A stretch of 64,000 nt of DNA from Draconibacterium orientale (GCA_020718275.1 DYSI01000003.1:15681-79680); one strand, 5' to 3'; shown: positions 22,899-33,337, numbered from the stretch's first letter. The notes: a model not told the origin generated them from the letters alone. Numbers and translations: made by a program.

Positions 22899-23918
22899 AT
22901 GAAAAAAATATTTTTAACGTTCTCATTACTAATTTGTTCACTCATTATTTTACAGTCTTGTGACACTAAGAAACAAGTTGTTTTGAGTAAAATCGTCATT
23001 CAAGGCGAAGCGCAAGGCACTTATTACTCGATTAGCTATTACGACTCACAAAATAGAAATCTTAGCGAGCAAATTGATTCTCTACTTCAGCAATTTGATT
23101 TGTCTGCCTCTAATTATAACGAAGCCTCTATTATTTCAAAAGTCAATAGAAATGAACCGGTTGAATTAGATTCTATTTTTATGGGGAATTTTAATTTGGC
23201 GATGGAAGTTTCCAAAGCTACTGGTGGATTGTTTGACATCACAGTTCGCCCTTTGGTTGAAGCATGGGGATTTGGGAAGGAAATTAGGCGTAATATGAGC
23301 ACGGAAATGGTCGATAGCATTATGCAGTTTGTTGGTTATCAGAAGATAGTCTGTGTCAATGGGAAAATGATTAAGGAAGATCCTCGCGTTCAACTCGATT
23401 TCAATGCCATAGCGCAAGGTTATTCCGTGGATGTTGTGGCACAATATCTTGAATTACTGAATATTAAACATTATTTGGTCGATATTGGTGGTGAGGTTTT
23501 TGCCAGCGAAATGAAACCGGATAGTACGCTTTGGCAAGTAGGAGTGGAGTTGCCTGTCGATAGTGCCGAATATGGGAGTAAACTGTCAACCGTCATTCCT
23601 TTATCCAAAAATGGGTTGGCTACGAGTGGAAATTATCGCAAATTCTATCGTAAAGACGGGGCTAAAATTGTGCATACCATCAACCCGCTGACTGGTTATC
23701 CTATCGACCAACGTTTGTTAAGCGCCACCGTTATTGCAAAAACTGCTGCTAAAGCGGACGCTTATGCCACTGCTTTTATGGTTATGGGTTTGGAAAAAGG
23801 AATTGATTTTTTGAAAAACCACCAAGATCTGGCGGTGTATTTTATCTATTCTGATAGTGTTGGAAATTATCAATATTTTGTAAGCCCTCAACTAAAGTCG
23901 ATTATTCAGAAACCGTAA
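22899..23918 (+). CDS. apbE: FAD:protein FMN transferase ApbE (lipoprotein)
   Basis: Lipobox LQSC, FDITV.PL..AWGF, DFNAIAQGY, VDIGGE, ATSGNY, ADAYATA. Confidence 0.95.
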   Translation: MKKIFLTFSLLICSLIILQSCDTKKQVVLSKIVIQGEAQGTYYSISYYDSQNRNLSEQIDSLLQQFDLSASNYNEASIISKVNRNEPVELDSIFMGNFNLAMEVSKATGGLFDITVRPLVEAWGFGKEIRRNMSTEMVDSIMQFVGYQKIVCVNGKMIKEDPRVQLDFNAIAQGYSVDVVAQYLELLNIKHYLVDIGGEVFASEMKPDSTLWQVGVELPVDSAEYGSKLSTVIPLSKNGLATSGNYRKFYRKDGAKIVHTINPLTGYPIDQRLLSATVIAKTAAKADAYATAFMVMGLEKGIDFLKNHQDLAVYFIYSDSVGNYQYFVSPQLKSIIQKP

Positions 23919-23948
23919 GTCGCATTGCAAATTTTGTAAAACTGGATT

Positions 23949-24218
23949 TCACCATTGTTTGATTACCAATCGTTCGGTATGGATGTGCCGCGCTGCATCT
24001 GCTCCTTTTCCATGGTGTGCTTCGTAGTTCTCGCAACGTTCTTCTGCTGGCTTTTGACCACAACTGCAATTATGGCGACCTCCTGGGTCGGTCTCAATAG
24101 TGCTACATTGTTTAGTGAAAAAAGCTCCTTTTATAAAAAACATTTTTATCGCAATGCCCGCAAAAGCAAGACTTAGCAAGATGATGACAATCAAAAAAAC
24201 TTTGAAATATAGCAACAT
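23949..24218 (-). CDS. Single-TM, four-Cys small protein (NqrM-like candidate)
   Basis: One N-terminal TM helix, Cys38/51/53/62, His-containing tail; abuts apbE. Confidence 0.65.
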   Translation of the reverse strand: MLLYFKVFLIVIILLSLAFAGIAIKMFFIKGAFFTKQCSTIETDPGGRHNCSCGQKPAEERCENYEAHHGKGADAARHIHTERLVIKQW

Positions 24219-24446
24219 AGCCTTGTGTTTATATTATTTCTGAACGGCAAAATTAACTCAAAATTATAAGTAAAAAGCAAAACTATGTTGATAGTTATTG
24301 CTATTTAGCTAATTTCTTTGCTTGACAAATGGTGGATGTTTTAGCATTATTTTGTTTTGCATGTAAAGGAATTATCGTGATTATATTCTTCACTATATAT
24401 AGCTATTTTTTTTCTGCAAATAGTTTAGGTCAGCAGCTTTATTTCT

Positions 24447-25190
24447 TTATCTAGGTCGGCGAAATTCAGCACATATAATGGCAGTGGCAATGGCCGCATT
24501 GAGGGATTCCATTTTGGATTCGGAATGGGCAGGGATTTTTATTTTGTGGGTAATTAATTTTTCGATTGATTCACTTATTCCTTTGCTTTCGTTGCCAATT
24601 ACAATTATTCCTTGTTGTTGTATATCAGTTGAATAGATGTTTTTGCCGTCTAGTAACGCCCCATATATGGCGGTGTTTTCGGGTAGTTCTTTTAGCCAAG
24701 GTTCAAGTTCAAGATAGGTGATATTAATTCGAGTGAGTGCTCCCATGCTAGCTTGTACCACTTTGGGACTAAATGCATCAGCGGTGGAGGGGGAACAAAC
24801 TATTTTTTTAATGCCAAACCAATCAGCGATGCGGATGATAGTTCCTAAATTTCCTGGGTCTTGAATCGTATCTAGCGCGATGATTAAGTCTCCTTTCGCA
24901 AATTCCATTGCTGCAGATTCTGGGTAATCAATAATGGCGATTACTTGATTTGGGGTGCTCATTAAACTAATGGCGGCTAAGCCTTTATCACTTATTAAAC
25001 TGAAGTTTTGGAGCTTATGCTCACCCGCATATTGCCAATCTTTGGTTCCGTAAATCTGCGAAATTCTAAAATTGCTATTCAAAAATTCTTCTACCAATTT
25101 AGGCCCTTCGGCTATAAATTGTCGAAATTGATGTCGAAATTTGGTAAGATGTAATTGCTTTATATCTTTTATTTGGTTTTTGCTCAGCAT
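24447..25190 (-). CDS. TrmH/SpoU-family RNA methyltransferase
   Basis: IQDPGNLGTIIR, GNESKGIS, ESLNAAIA. Confidence 0.93.
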   Translation of the reverse strand: MLSKNQIKDIKQLHLTKFRHQFRQFIAEGPKLVEEFLNSNFRISQIYGTKDWQYAGEHKLQNFSLISDKGLAAISLMSTPNQVIAIIDYPESAAMEFAKGDLIIALDTIQDPGNLGTIIRIADWFGIKKIVCSPSTADAFSPKVVQASMGALTRINITYLELEPWLKELPENTAIYGALLDGKNIYSTDIQQQGIIVIGNESKGISESIEKLITHKIKIPAHSESKMESLNAAIATAIICAEFRRPR

Positions 25191-25226
25191 ATAGTAGTAA
25201 TTCTTGAAATTGGGTCGAAAGATAGC

Positions 25227-25263
25227 AAAAAAAATCCCGTTAATGCTTGAATAACGGGATTTT
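25227..25263 (-). terminator. Terminator after rplI
   Basis: AAAATCCCGTTA...TAACGGGATTTT hairpin with an A-run. Confidence 0.7.
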
Positions 25264-25282
25264 ACGAGGTGTGATTTGAATT

Positions 25283-25729
25283 TTATTCAGCGATAACTTC
25301 AAATTTGATAGTTGCTTTAACATCACGATGAAGGTTAACGGTGGCGGTGTATTCTCCAACTTCTTTGATTTTTTCGGTATCAACGATAATTTTCTTACGG
25401 TCAATTTCGATTCCTTGTTCTTTCAGTGCGTCAGCAATTTGCATGGAATTAACAGATCCAAAAATTTTGCCGCTAGTACCTACCTTAGCGCCAATTTGCA
25501 AGCTGATGGCTTGAATGCTGTCAGCAATTACTTGTGCTTGAGTACGAACTTTCTCTTCTTTATGGGCTTTTTGTTTAAGGTTTTCAGCTAGAATTTTTTC
25601 GTTTTGCACAGTAGCTTGAATTGCGTAGCCTTGTGGGATTAGAAAATTACGAGCGTATCCATCTTTTACACTGATTATGTCATTAGTAAAGCCCAATTTG
25701 GCGATATCTTGTTTTAATATTATCTTCAT
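25283..25729 (-). CDS. rplI: 50S ribosomal protein L9
   Basis: VKDGYARNFLIPQG, GKIFGSV. Confidence 0.98.
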   Translation of the reverse strand: MKIILKQDIAKLGFTNDIISVKDGYARNFLIPQGYAIQATVQNEKILAENLKQKAHKEEKVRTQAQVIADSIQAISLQIGAKVGTSGKIFGSVNSMQIADALKEQGIEIDRKKIIVDTEKIKEVGEYTATVNLHRDVKATIKFEVIAE

Positions 25730-25739
25730 GTTTCCCTCC

Positions 25740-26006
25740 TTATTTTAAAAGATCACTTACGTAAGGCATTAATGCAATATGACGAGCTCTTTTAACTGCT
25801 TGAGCTACTTTCTTTTGGTATTTCAATGAAGTACCAGTCAAACGGCGAGGAAGAATTTTACCCTGTTCGTTAACGAATTTGAGTAGAAAACCTGCGTCTT
25901 TGTAATCAATGTATTTAATACCGCTCTTTTTGAAACGACAGTATTTTTTCTTTTTGGTATCAACCGCTATTGGGGTTAGATAACGAATTTCTGAACTTGT
26001 GGCCAT
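25740..26006 (-). CDS. rpsR: 30S ribosomal protein S18
   Basis: IDYKD...[10 protein letters not shown]...AVKRAR. Confidence 0.98.
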   Translation of the reverse strand: MATSSEIRYLTPIAVDTKKKKYCRFKKSGIKYIDYKDAGFLLKFVNEQGKILPRRLTGTSLKYQKKVAQAVKRARHIALMPYVSDLLK

Positions 26007-26035
26007 TTTATTAGTCGATTTTTAGGTTTAACAAA

Positions 26036-26389
26036 TTAAGCTTCTGCAGCTACTTTCTCGGTTCTTGCATTTCTGCGTTTTTCGCTATAAGCTGTGGCAT
26101 GCTTGTCAAGCTTTACAGTTAGAAAACGCAAAATACGCTCATCGCGTTTGAAAGCAATTTCAAAGTCTTTCACAAAAGCACTCTCTGCATCAAATTCAAC
26201 TAAATTGTAAAATCCAGTCGTCTTTTTCTTGATGTTGTAGGCTAATTTTTTTAAACCCCAATTCTCTGTATGCACAATCGATCCACCGGCATGGGTGATT
26301 AAGTCGTTGTACTTATTTACCGCTTCCTTTACCTGATCTTCAGATAAAACGGGAGTTAAAATGAAAACGGTTTCATAACGATTCAACAT
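26036..26389 (-). CDS. rpsF: 30S ribosomal protein S6
   Basis: YETVFIL.P, WGLKKLAY.I.K, ILRFL. Confidence 0.98.
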   Translation of the reverse strand: MLNRYETVFILTPVLSEDQVKEAVNKYNDLITHAGGSIVHTENWGLKKLAYNIKKKTTGFYNLVEFDAESAFVKDFEIAFKRDERILRFLTVKLDKHATAYSEKRRNARTEKVAAEA

Positions 26390-26630
26390 AAATTTGTCTT
26401 TTAAAAGTTAATATTGTTGTTAAAATTTAAGGACTGCAAAAGTATAAATTATTTACATTCAAACAAGCCTTTTTTGTATTGATTTTGATTATTTTATGGC
26501 TTATTTTCTTGCTCTTTTGTTTTGATAGCCCTTCTGCTAGTTTTTGCTTCTTTTGTTTTATAGCAAATTTTATGGAAGATACTCATAAATGCTTGAAAAA
26601 CATTTACATATAGCTGCTTGCTTTTGGGAT

Positions 26631-26667
26631 AAAAGCAAAAGCACCTAATGTTTTCAGGTGCTTTTGC
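26631..26667 (-). terminator. Terminator after the ferritin-like gene
   Basis: GCAAAAGCACCT...AGGTGCTTTTGC hairpin. Confidence 0.6.
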
Positions 26668-26758
26668 GCTGTGTTGTTTGCTTGAAAAAAAGTGAGTTAT
26701 TCCAGAAAAAGCTTAATGGCTTGTAATAATCAGCTTATCAGGCTTCAAATGTAGGAAT

Positions 26759-27262
26759 CTAAAAGGCCCAAAATTGATTGTCGTTCCAGATATCTTCTCT
26801 AAGCACTTCATTCATTTCATGTAATGCTTTTTGATGTCCACTTTCCCATTTTGCCAACATCGTATAGAGTTCTTTTTCCAGAGGATCTATCGCTTCGGCG
26901 GCGCGCTCACTGTAAATTTTAACGGCTCTGGTTTCGAAATCGATGGCTGCCGAAATGGCGGCCGCTTCAAAACTGGCAGCGTTGGTTTCCTTTTTCAATT
27001 GCTCGGTAAGGACTTTCAGCGCCACTTCTTCGCCTTCTGGATCATGATATCCATCGGGTTTTATAAACTGCTGTGTCTTCTCGTAATTCTGAAATTGTTT
27101 GCTCAAAAAAGCGATGTGCTCATCTTCTTCGCGCGCCATCATTTCAAAAATTTCTTTTGCGGCTGGACTATCACTTTTTTCAGCCACGGCTGAATAAAAA
27201 GCTTTCCCTTTCATTTCCAATAATATAGCCTCTTTTAAAATATCTTCTGCGGTCTTTGCCAT
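26759..27262 (-). CDS. Ferritin-like/rubrerythrin-family diiron protein without a rubredoxin domain
   Basis: Two E...ExxH helix pairs (EEDEH, WESGH). Confidence 0.85.
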   Translation of the reverse strand: MAKTAEDILKEAILLEMKGKAFYSAVAEKSDSPAAKEIFEMMAREEDEHIAFLSKQFQNYEKTQQFIKPDGYHDPEGEEVALKVLTEQLKKETNAASFEAAAISAAIDFETRAVKIYSERAAEAIDPLEKELYTMLAKWESGHQKALHEMNEVLREDIWNDNQFWAF

Positions 27263-27367
27263 AGTGTATCAGTTTAAATTTGTTAAAGTGTAAAATTAGT
27301 AAATATCCATGCGCCAAAAACTATTATTCGCATTTAATGTTTTTTATTGTTTCTAGAAATAGCTTTC

Positions 27368-29653
27368 TCATTTATTGAAGTTGCTTTGCGATTTCAATAA
27401 ATTTATCAACTGTAATACTATATTATTGTATTCGTGCACAATGCCAAAGACTAGTAAGGAGGATTTGGATTTGGTGCTATTTGTGCAGATTCTATCTACT
27501 TGATTTTGTCGTATATGCTGTATGAAATCTAAGATTTGCTGTTGTTCTTCAATTAATTCTTCAACTTGCAGGTATTTTCGTAAATTAATTTCTTTTGTTA
27601 ATCCTTTGATGAATTCATTTAAATATTGATTGAGCTCCAGTAAATCTTCTCGCTCTTGTTTACTCAATTTAATATGGTTGTTTTCGATGTGTTCGTAAGC
27701 TGGTTGAACAATATAATCGAGTGAATGAACCAATTCGCGCAAATGATCCACTACTTGTACATAGTATAAACCGTAATGGACGGTTTCTTTATTCGTTTTA
27801 CTAAGGGTGAGATGGACGTTTTTCTTTAAAAGCTTGGTTTCGTTAGTTATTTCCCGAATATGATTCTTGGAAGTTAAAATTAGCTTCCTATCGTAAGTGT
27901 CTAACGCATTTAGGATATTTTCCGTTTCTGTTTTGATAAATTCTAAGGTGCTGATTATTTTGTTATTACAGCTTTCAAAGACCCCAATTTGTTCAAGTAA
28001 TTCTTGTTGAATGGCAAATTTATCTTTAGCGCCCTTATTTTTCTTGTGGATAATATGGGTAAAATAAAAAATGATAACGGTGAAAATTGACATTCCAAAA
28101 ATACCATATACGCCTGTGAAATGGAATAAGACAGCCATTCCAAATGCCGATGCAAAAGCGATAAATGCCGTCATGAGCCAACCCGAGACTACCCAAATAA
28201 CGCCAGAAATTCGATATACAGCGCTATCGCGCCCCCAAGCATTATCGGCTAATGATGTGCCTATCAATACTAAAAAGGTGACATAAGTAGTGGATAGCGG
28301 AATTGTGTTAGCGGTGCCGGTCGCAATTATGATGCTTGCAACTACAAGATTTACCGAGGCTCGCAACATGTCAAATGCTGGCACTTCCTTTCCGCTGGTA
28401 CTGCCTTTGGTTTGCTTTTGGGTGTTTGAAAATTGCTTTCTGACAAAAGCTTGGATCCGGCTAGGGATGTATTTTTCAAGGACAATATTAAGTCTTAAAG
28501 CTTGTCTGTATATTCCGCGGGCTAAGGCATTTGTCGAAAATTTTTGCTCTCCTTCTTCTTGTCTTGCAAGGTCGAGGGATGTTTTTACCACCGTTTTTGC
28601 TTTTTTTGAGGTCCATAGGGTTATTACCATCACTAATCCTGACACCACAAGTATGGTTGCTGGCGATTTGAATGGATGATTTAAGGACTCCATTAAAAAA
28701 TTATTCGGATTAAGCTTTACCTGCGATATATAATCTACGTACGATTCGTAACCCGCCATCGGGACTCCAATAAAATTCACTAAATCGTTACTAGCAAAGG
28801 CCATTGCCAAGGCAAAAGTGCCTATGAAAACGGTTGTTTTTAATATATCAATCTTAGATAACCACATTAATAACTGCAATATGCTGGTCCAAATAAGAAA
28901 ACTAATTATATTGATTTGCCATGACATGTCTTTGGCATATTGCGATAAACTTATGGCTTTGCAGCTTAGAACTCCCATATAGGGTTCTCCAGCCTTGATA
29001 ATTACTACATCGGCATAAGTGGAGCCGCCTAAACCATTGACCAAAATGAAGTAAATAATAGCTGTTAAGGCGATTCCTCCATATACAGCGCCCAAATATT
29101 TCATCCGCAGTTGCAAATTAAAGGTAAAGGCTAAGCGGGAAAAAAATTGGATAATGAGCCCACTAAAAATAGAAATGAAAATCGAAAGAAAGATTCCTGT
29201 AAAAATGTGGGTGGTAGTTTTTAGATTGATGAGCTGGGCTATGTTTGAGTATTCTGCATGTTCGATTATTTTGAATATTCCAATGGCAATGGAGGCGCCT
29301 AATAATTCAAAAATTATTGAGATCGAAGTGGAGGTTGGCATGCCGTAGGTATTGAAAACATCCAAGAGTATCACATCGGTGATCATTACCGCTACAAAAA
29401 TTAACATAATTTCAGCGAAATTAAAATGCTCAGGATTGATAAGCCCATTGCGTGCTACTTCCATCATTCCGTTCGAGAAAGTTACCCCAACCAAAATGCC
29501 TAAAGCTGCAATGAGCAGGATGATTTTAATCGGTGCGGCATTAGAGCCTATGGCTGAATTTATGAAATTAACTGCGTCATTGCTAACCCCTACGATTAAG
29601 TCAACAACCGCGAAAATCATTAACAGTATTACCAAGATTAGGTAAATATTCAT
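27368..29653 (-). CDS. Inorganic phosphate transporter (PiT/PHO4) with C-terminal soluble PhoU-like domain
   Basis: GVSNDAVNF and FASNDLVNF signatures, PLSTTYV, long helical C-terminal tail. Confidence 0.88.
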   Translation of the reverse strand: MNIYLILVILLMIFAVVDLIVGVSNDAVNFINSAIGSNAAPIKIILLIAALGILVGVTFSNGMMEVARNGLINPEHFNFAEIMLIFVAVMITDVILLDVFNTYGMPTSTSISIIFELLGASIAIGIFKIIEHAEYSNIAQLINLKTTTHIFTGIFLSIFISIFSGLIIQFFSRLAFTFNLQLRMKYLGAVYGGIALTAIIYFILVNGLGGSTYADVVIIKAGEPYMGVLSCKAISLSQYAKDMSWQINIISFLIWTSILQLLMWLSKIDILKTTVFIGTFALAMAFASNDLVNFIGVPMAGYESYVDYISQVKLNPNNFLMESLNHPFKSPATILVVSGLVMVITLWTSKKAKTVVKTSLDLARQEEGEQKFSTNALARGIYRQALRLNIVLEKYIPSRIQAFVRKQFSNTQKQTKGSTSGKEVPAFDMLRASVNLVVASIIIATGTANTIPLSTTYVTFLVLIGTSLADNAWGRDSAVYRISGVIWVVSGWLMTAFIAFASAFGMAVLFHFTGVYGIFGMSIFTVIIFYFTHIIHKKNKGAKDKFAIQQELLEQIGVFESCNNKIISTLEFIKTETENILNALDTYDRKLILTSKNHIREITNETKLLKKNVHLTLSKTNKETVHYGLYYVQVVDHLRELVHSLDYIVQPAYEHIENNHIKLSKQEREDLLELNQYLNEFIKGLTKEINLRKYLQVEELIEEQQQILDFIQHIRQNQVDRICTNSTKSKSSLLVFGIVHEYNNIVLQLINLLKSQSNFNK

Positions 29654-29865
29654 TTATCTCAATTGTTCGTTTGTTTAACGCTTTATTTGAATTTGTTGAT
29701 TGTTCTCAGCGTTTTTATTCATGCTAAATTCTTGGCAAAGGTAGAATATTTTAAGTTTTTATGGCTGACAAGTTTTCTATCATGCTGATTATCTTAGTTA
29801 ATATTATTTCAAAGTTAAGTTATTATTAAGCTTTAGTAAATGAAAGATATTACCTATCCGCTTAC

Positions 29866-29873
29866 TATCTTTG
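29866..29873 (+). promoter_or_regulatory. Bacteroidota sigmaA -7 element
   Basis: TATCTTTG matches TAnnTTTG, about 27 bp before ATG 29900. Confidence 0.6.
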
Positions 29874-29899
29874 CAAATCAAAATAAACAAAAAGGAAAC

Positions 29900-30547
29900 A
29901 TGACATTATCTAACTTTTTTAAATCTTTTTCTAGCAAGAATAAAGTTTTTTACAATTTGTTTGAACAAGCTACAGAGAACCTTGTAATAATGAACCAATT
30001 ATTTGAGAAGGTAATATCTGCTAAGGATATTGAAAGTAGAAACGATTTTATTAAACAAATAAAGGACTTTGAACATAAAAATGATGAAATAACGCATCAA
30101 ACGTTTATGGAATTGGGCAGAAACTTTATCACGCCTTTCGATCGCGAAGATGTTCATGCATTGGCTTCTGCTATTGATGATATTGCCGATTTTATTGATG
30201 GTTCATCCAAAAAAATCATGATTTACAAGATGGAGACTTTTGGAAAGGATATCTTTGAATTTACCAGAATAAATGGCTTGGCAATCGAAGAAGTGAAAAA
30301 GGCCGTTTATGGATTACGAAATTTAAATAACGTTAAGGCAATTCAAGAACATTGTATTCGGATTAATCGATTGGAGAACGAAGCGGACGATATTTTTGAG
30401 TCAAGTTTAGGTGCCTTGCTACAAAATGAAAAAGATGCTGCCACCATTATTAAAATGAAAGATCTATTGCAAAGTATGGAGTTTGTTTCTGATAAATGTG
30501 AAGATGCAGCGGATGTAATTACTTCAATTATAGTTAAATACGCTTAG
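29900..30547 (+). CDS. DUF47/PhoU-like phosphate transport regulator
   Basis: EHKNDEITH, FITPFDREDVH.LA..IDDIAD, ENEAD, DKCEDAAD; start moved to 29900, downstream of the -7 motif. Confidence 0.9.
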   Translation: MTLSNFFKSFSSKNKVFYNLFEQATENLVIMNQLFEKVISAKDIESRNDFIKQIKDFEHKNDEITHQTFMELGRNFITPFDREDVHALASAIDDIADFIDGSSKKIMIYKMETFGKDIFEFTRINGLAIEEVKKAVYGLRNLNNVKAIQEHCIRINRLENEADDIFESSLGALLQNEKDAATIIKMKDLLQSMEFVSDKCEDAADVITSIIVKYA

Positions 30548-30557
30548 GCGATGGGTT

Positions 30558-31763
30558 ATGGAGATCGTTATTTTTATCATTGTTCTAGCGCTTATTTTCG
30601 ACTTTATTAATGGTTTTCATGATGCTGCTAATTCTATAGCTACCATTGTTTCCACCAAGGTTTTAACACCTACTCAAGCGGTTCTTTGGGCAGCATTTTT
30701 CAACTTTGTTGCTTATTTTGTCTTCAAAGAACATGGCGTTGCTAATACAGTTGCCAAAACGGTTTACGAGCAGTTTATAACCTTTCAGGTAATTATTTCA
30801 GGACTTTTTGCTGCGATCATTTGGAATCTTTTAACTTGGTATTATGGAATTCCGTCATCGTCATCCCACACTTTGATTGGTGGATTTGCCGGTGCGGCAC
30901 TTGCCCATGCTGGCTTTAGTAGTATTAATCTTGAAATGATTGGTAAAACTGCAAGCTTCATTGTATTAGCCCCAATTATTGGCTTTTTCATCGCTTACCT
31001 TATCTCTATTTGGTTTCTAAATTCGGCCACTAAAAGTTTTTGGGCAAAATTTGTGTCCGTTTCAGTTATTGTTACCATCATTTTGTTATTGGTTTTTAAA
31101 ATTGAAACAAACGTTGTTGAACAATATGACTCCCATTCGCTAAGCGTTATAATGGATTCCAAAAATTTTAAATGGATTCTGCTCGCTACCGTAGTAATTA
31201 TTATGAGCGTATTTGCTTTGTTTTTGAGTTCACTAAATACTTTTCATTCTACTAAATGGTTCAAAAGATTACAGCTAGTTTCCTCTGCTGCTTTTAGTAT
31301 TGGACATGGAGGCAACGATGCTCAGAAAGTTATGGGGATTATCTGGGTAACTTTATGGCTGCATGCTAGCCAAAACACCTCGCTTCCTCTTGCTTTTGGC
31401 GATTTTGAAATGCCTAATTGGGTTCCTATTGCTTGCTATACTGCTATTGCTGCTGGTACCATGAGTGGCGGTTGGAAAATCGTAAAAACTATGGGAACTA
31501 AAATTACTAAGGTAACCCCTTTCGAAGGAGTTGCTGCTGAAACGGCTGGCGCTATTACCCTTTTTATTACTGAATTTCTGAAAATTCCTGTTAGTACAAC
31601 TCATACTATCACTGGATCTATCATGGGTGTTGGCGCCACTAAAAGATTAAGTGCTGTACGTTGGGGAATTACAGTTAAGCTCTTTTGGGCTTGGATTTTA
31701 ACAATTCCCCTCAGCGCAATTATTGCTATTATTGTGTTTTATATCTCTAAACTGTTCTTCTAG
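30558..31763 (+). CDS. Inorganic phosphate transporter (PiT family)
   Basis: NGFHDAANSIAT, PSSSSH, HGGNDAQK, PVSTTH. Confidence 0.95.
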   Translation: MEIVIFIIVLALIFDFINGFHDAANSIATIVSTKVLTPTQAVLWAAFFNFVAYFVFKEHGVANTVAKTVYEQFITFQVIISGLFAAIIWNLLTWYYGIPSSSSHTLIGGFAGAALAHAGFSSINLEMIGKTASFIVLAPIIGFFIAYLISIWFLNSATKSFWAKFVSVSVIVTIILLLVFKIETNVVEQYDSHSLSVIMDSKNFKWILLATVVIIMSVFALFLSSLNTFHSTKWFKRLQLVSSAAFSIGHGGNDAQKVMGIIWVTLWLHASQNTSLPLAFGDFEMPNWVPIACYTAIAAGTMSGGWKIVKTMGTKITKVTPFEGVAAETAGAITLFITEFLKIPVSTTHTITGSIMGVGATKRLSAVRWGITVKLFWAWILTIPLSAIIAIIVFYISKLFF

Positions 31764-31930
31764 TTTTAAAATAGATAGCTTTTGAATTTGTTTCGGAGGA
31801 TAACAATCTTTTCAAACTAGTAATTCTACCTTTCTTATTGGGACTTCCAGCGTTTCATTAAATAGATACTTCTAATTCTTGTTTGGGGATTGCCTTTCAG
31901 TAATTTATTTGCCCTCTATTCTAATGGATT

Positions 31931-31990
31931 AAAAAAACATTGACCATCAATTTATTCTTTAAGAAAAAGGATAATAATTGATGGTCATTA
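31931..31990. terminator. Hairpin between convergent PiT and cysteate synthase genes
   Basis: TGACCATCAATT...AATTGATGGTCA 12-bp perfect IR. Confidence 0.6.
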
Positions 31991-32044
31991 AGTATAGCGT
32001 TTTTTTCGCAGGTAATAGTGAATTGAATATAGTAACTCGTTTAT

Positions 32045-33337
32045 TTAAAATTCAAATAGCTGCTTTAGCGCTTGATGCACTTGCTCTTTATCAGGATTGA
32101 TTGGGAATATTATTTCAGGTTGTAGATAATACAATTGATGTGATTTTTTAAATCTTTCTTCGCCACCGCCTGTTATATTAAGCATTATTAAATCATCTGC
32201 TTGTACTTTTCCGGCTTTCACTGCTTGCATCAAACTTGCCACTGCCACTGCCGAAGCAGGGTGAATATCAATTCCTTCTAAGCTTTCGAAAATACTTGAA
32301 CCTTCAATCAATTCTTCATTATTTACCAAAAGAACTTCGCCGCCGGCATCCATCATGGCATCAAAAAGACCGCCTACGATGGCATAGGGTGGTTTTCTGT
32401 TTGAAAGCACTTTTGCAATAATCTCCTCCACTTGCTTTCTTGCTTGACTGTCATCCATGGGTAATAAATCACGTGACCGAACTTGCCAAGCATCGTAGAT
32501 TGGGTGAAAAGGAAAATTCTGACTTACCATGAGTTGCATTTTATTATCACCAAAACGTCCGTCGGCAATAAGGCGTAAATTAGCTTCCCAAGCTGCAATT
32601 GCTCCAGTTCCGCTGCCAATGGCTTGGAAATAATAGTCAGGGATTTTTCCTATATGTGTGACTGCTGATAGGGTAGTAGTTCCCATTCCGTCTCTTCGGG
32701 CTACGTTTTTAGCCCCGCCCTCAGCAATGAATTCTTCCATTTCGCATGCGATATTGCTTAAATGAATGGCATCAAAATAGTCGCTACCGGAAACCGATGA
32801 AATAAGTCGCACATTTGGCTTAATTGGTTCCTCAAACCATAAGGCGTCTAAATTATCCTCAGGTACACAAAGCAAGAGTGGAATGTCATTATCAGAACAA
32901 ACTTTAGCAAAAGCTCTTGCGGTATTTCCTGCAGAGGCCACTACTAAAATTCTCTTTTCCGCTAAAGGCAAGCGGGCTACCACTGAATAGGATTCTGTTT
33001 CTTTGAATGAGCAAGTGCTCATCGATATACCTTTTTCTGGCCAGTATCCACTGAAGGTGATATACAGATTTCGTAAGCCTAAATGTTTTGATAAGGCTTC
33101 GCTCTTATAGGTGATGGGTGCGTAGGAGCCTTTCAACCTGCGATGAGTTGGTAACCAATCTTCAAAACGGTACAAACCTTCATGGAGGTCTCCAAGCGTG
33201 ATTTGCTTTTTTTGATAAATGGCTCTTACCAATCCTGGTTCGTTCTTATCGGGTGATTCTAGAGTCCATCCTGCATCTTCAAAAGTTCGTTTACTAGCGA
33301 CAGATTCTAAAATATATTTGCTGTTTTGTTCATGCAT
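32045..33337 (-). CDS. Cysteate synthase (PLP-dependent, threonine synthase-like)
   Basis: TCSFKETE PLP-lysine, ASAGNTARAF, EGGAKNVARRDGMGT, YFQAIGSGTG, VLSNRKPPY, LNITGGG. Confidence 0.88.
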   Translation of the reverse strand: MHEQNSKYILESVASKRTFEDAGWTLESPDKNEPGLVRAIYQKKQITLGDLHEGLYRFEDWLPTHRRLKGSYAPITYKSEALSKHLGLRNLYITFSGYWPEKGISMSTCSFKETESYSVVARLPLAEKRILVVASAGNTARAFAKVCSDNDIPLLLCVPEDNLDALWFEEPIKPNVRLISSVSGSDYFDAIHLSNIACEMEEFIAEGGAKNVARRDGMGTTTLSAVTHIGKIPDYYFQAIGSGTGAIAAWEANLRLIADGRFGDNKMQLMVSQNFPFHPIYDAWQVRSRDLLPMDDSQARKQVEEIIAKVLSNRKPPYAIVGGLFDAMMDAGGEVLLVNNEELIEGSSIFESLEGIDIHPASAVAVASLMQAVKAGKVQADDLIMLNITGGGEERFKKSHQLYYLQPEIIFPINPDKEQVHQALKQLFEF

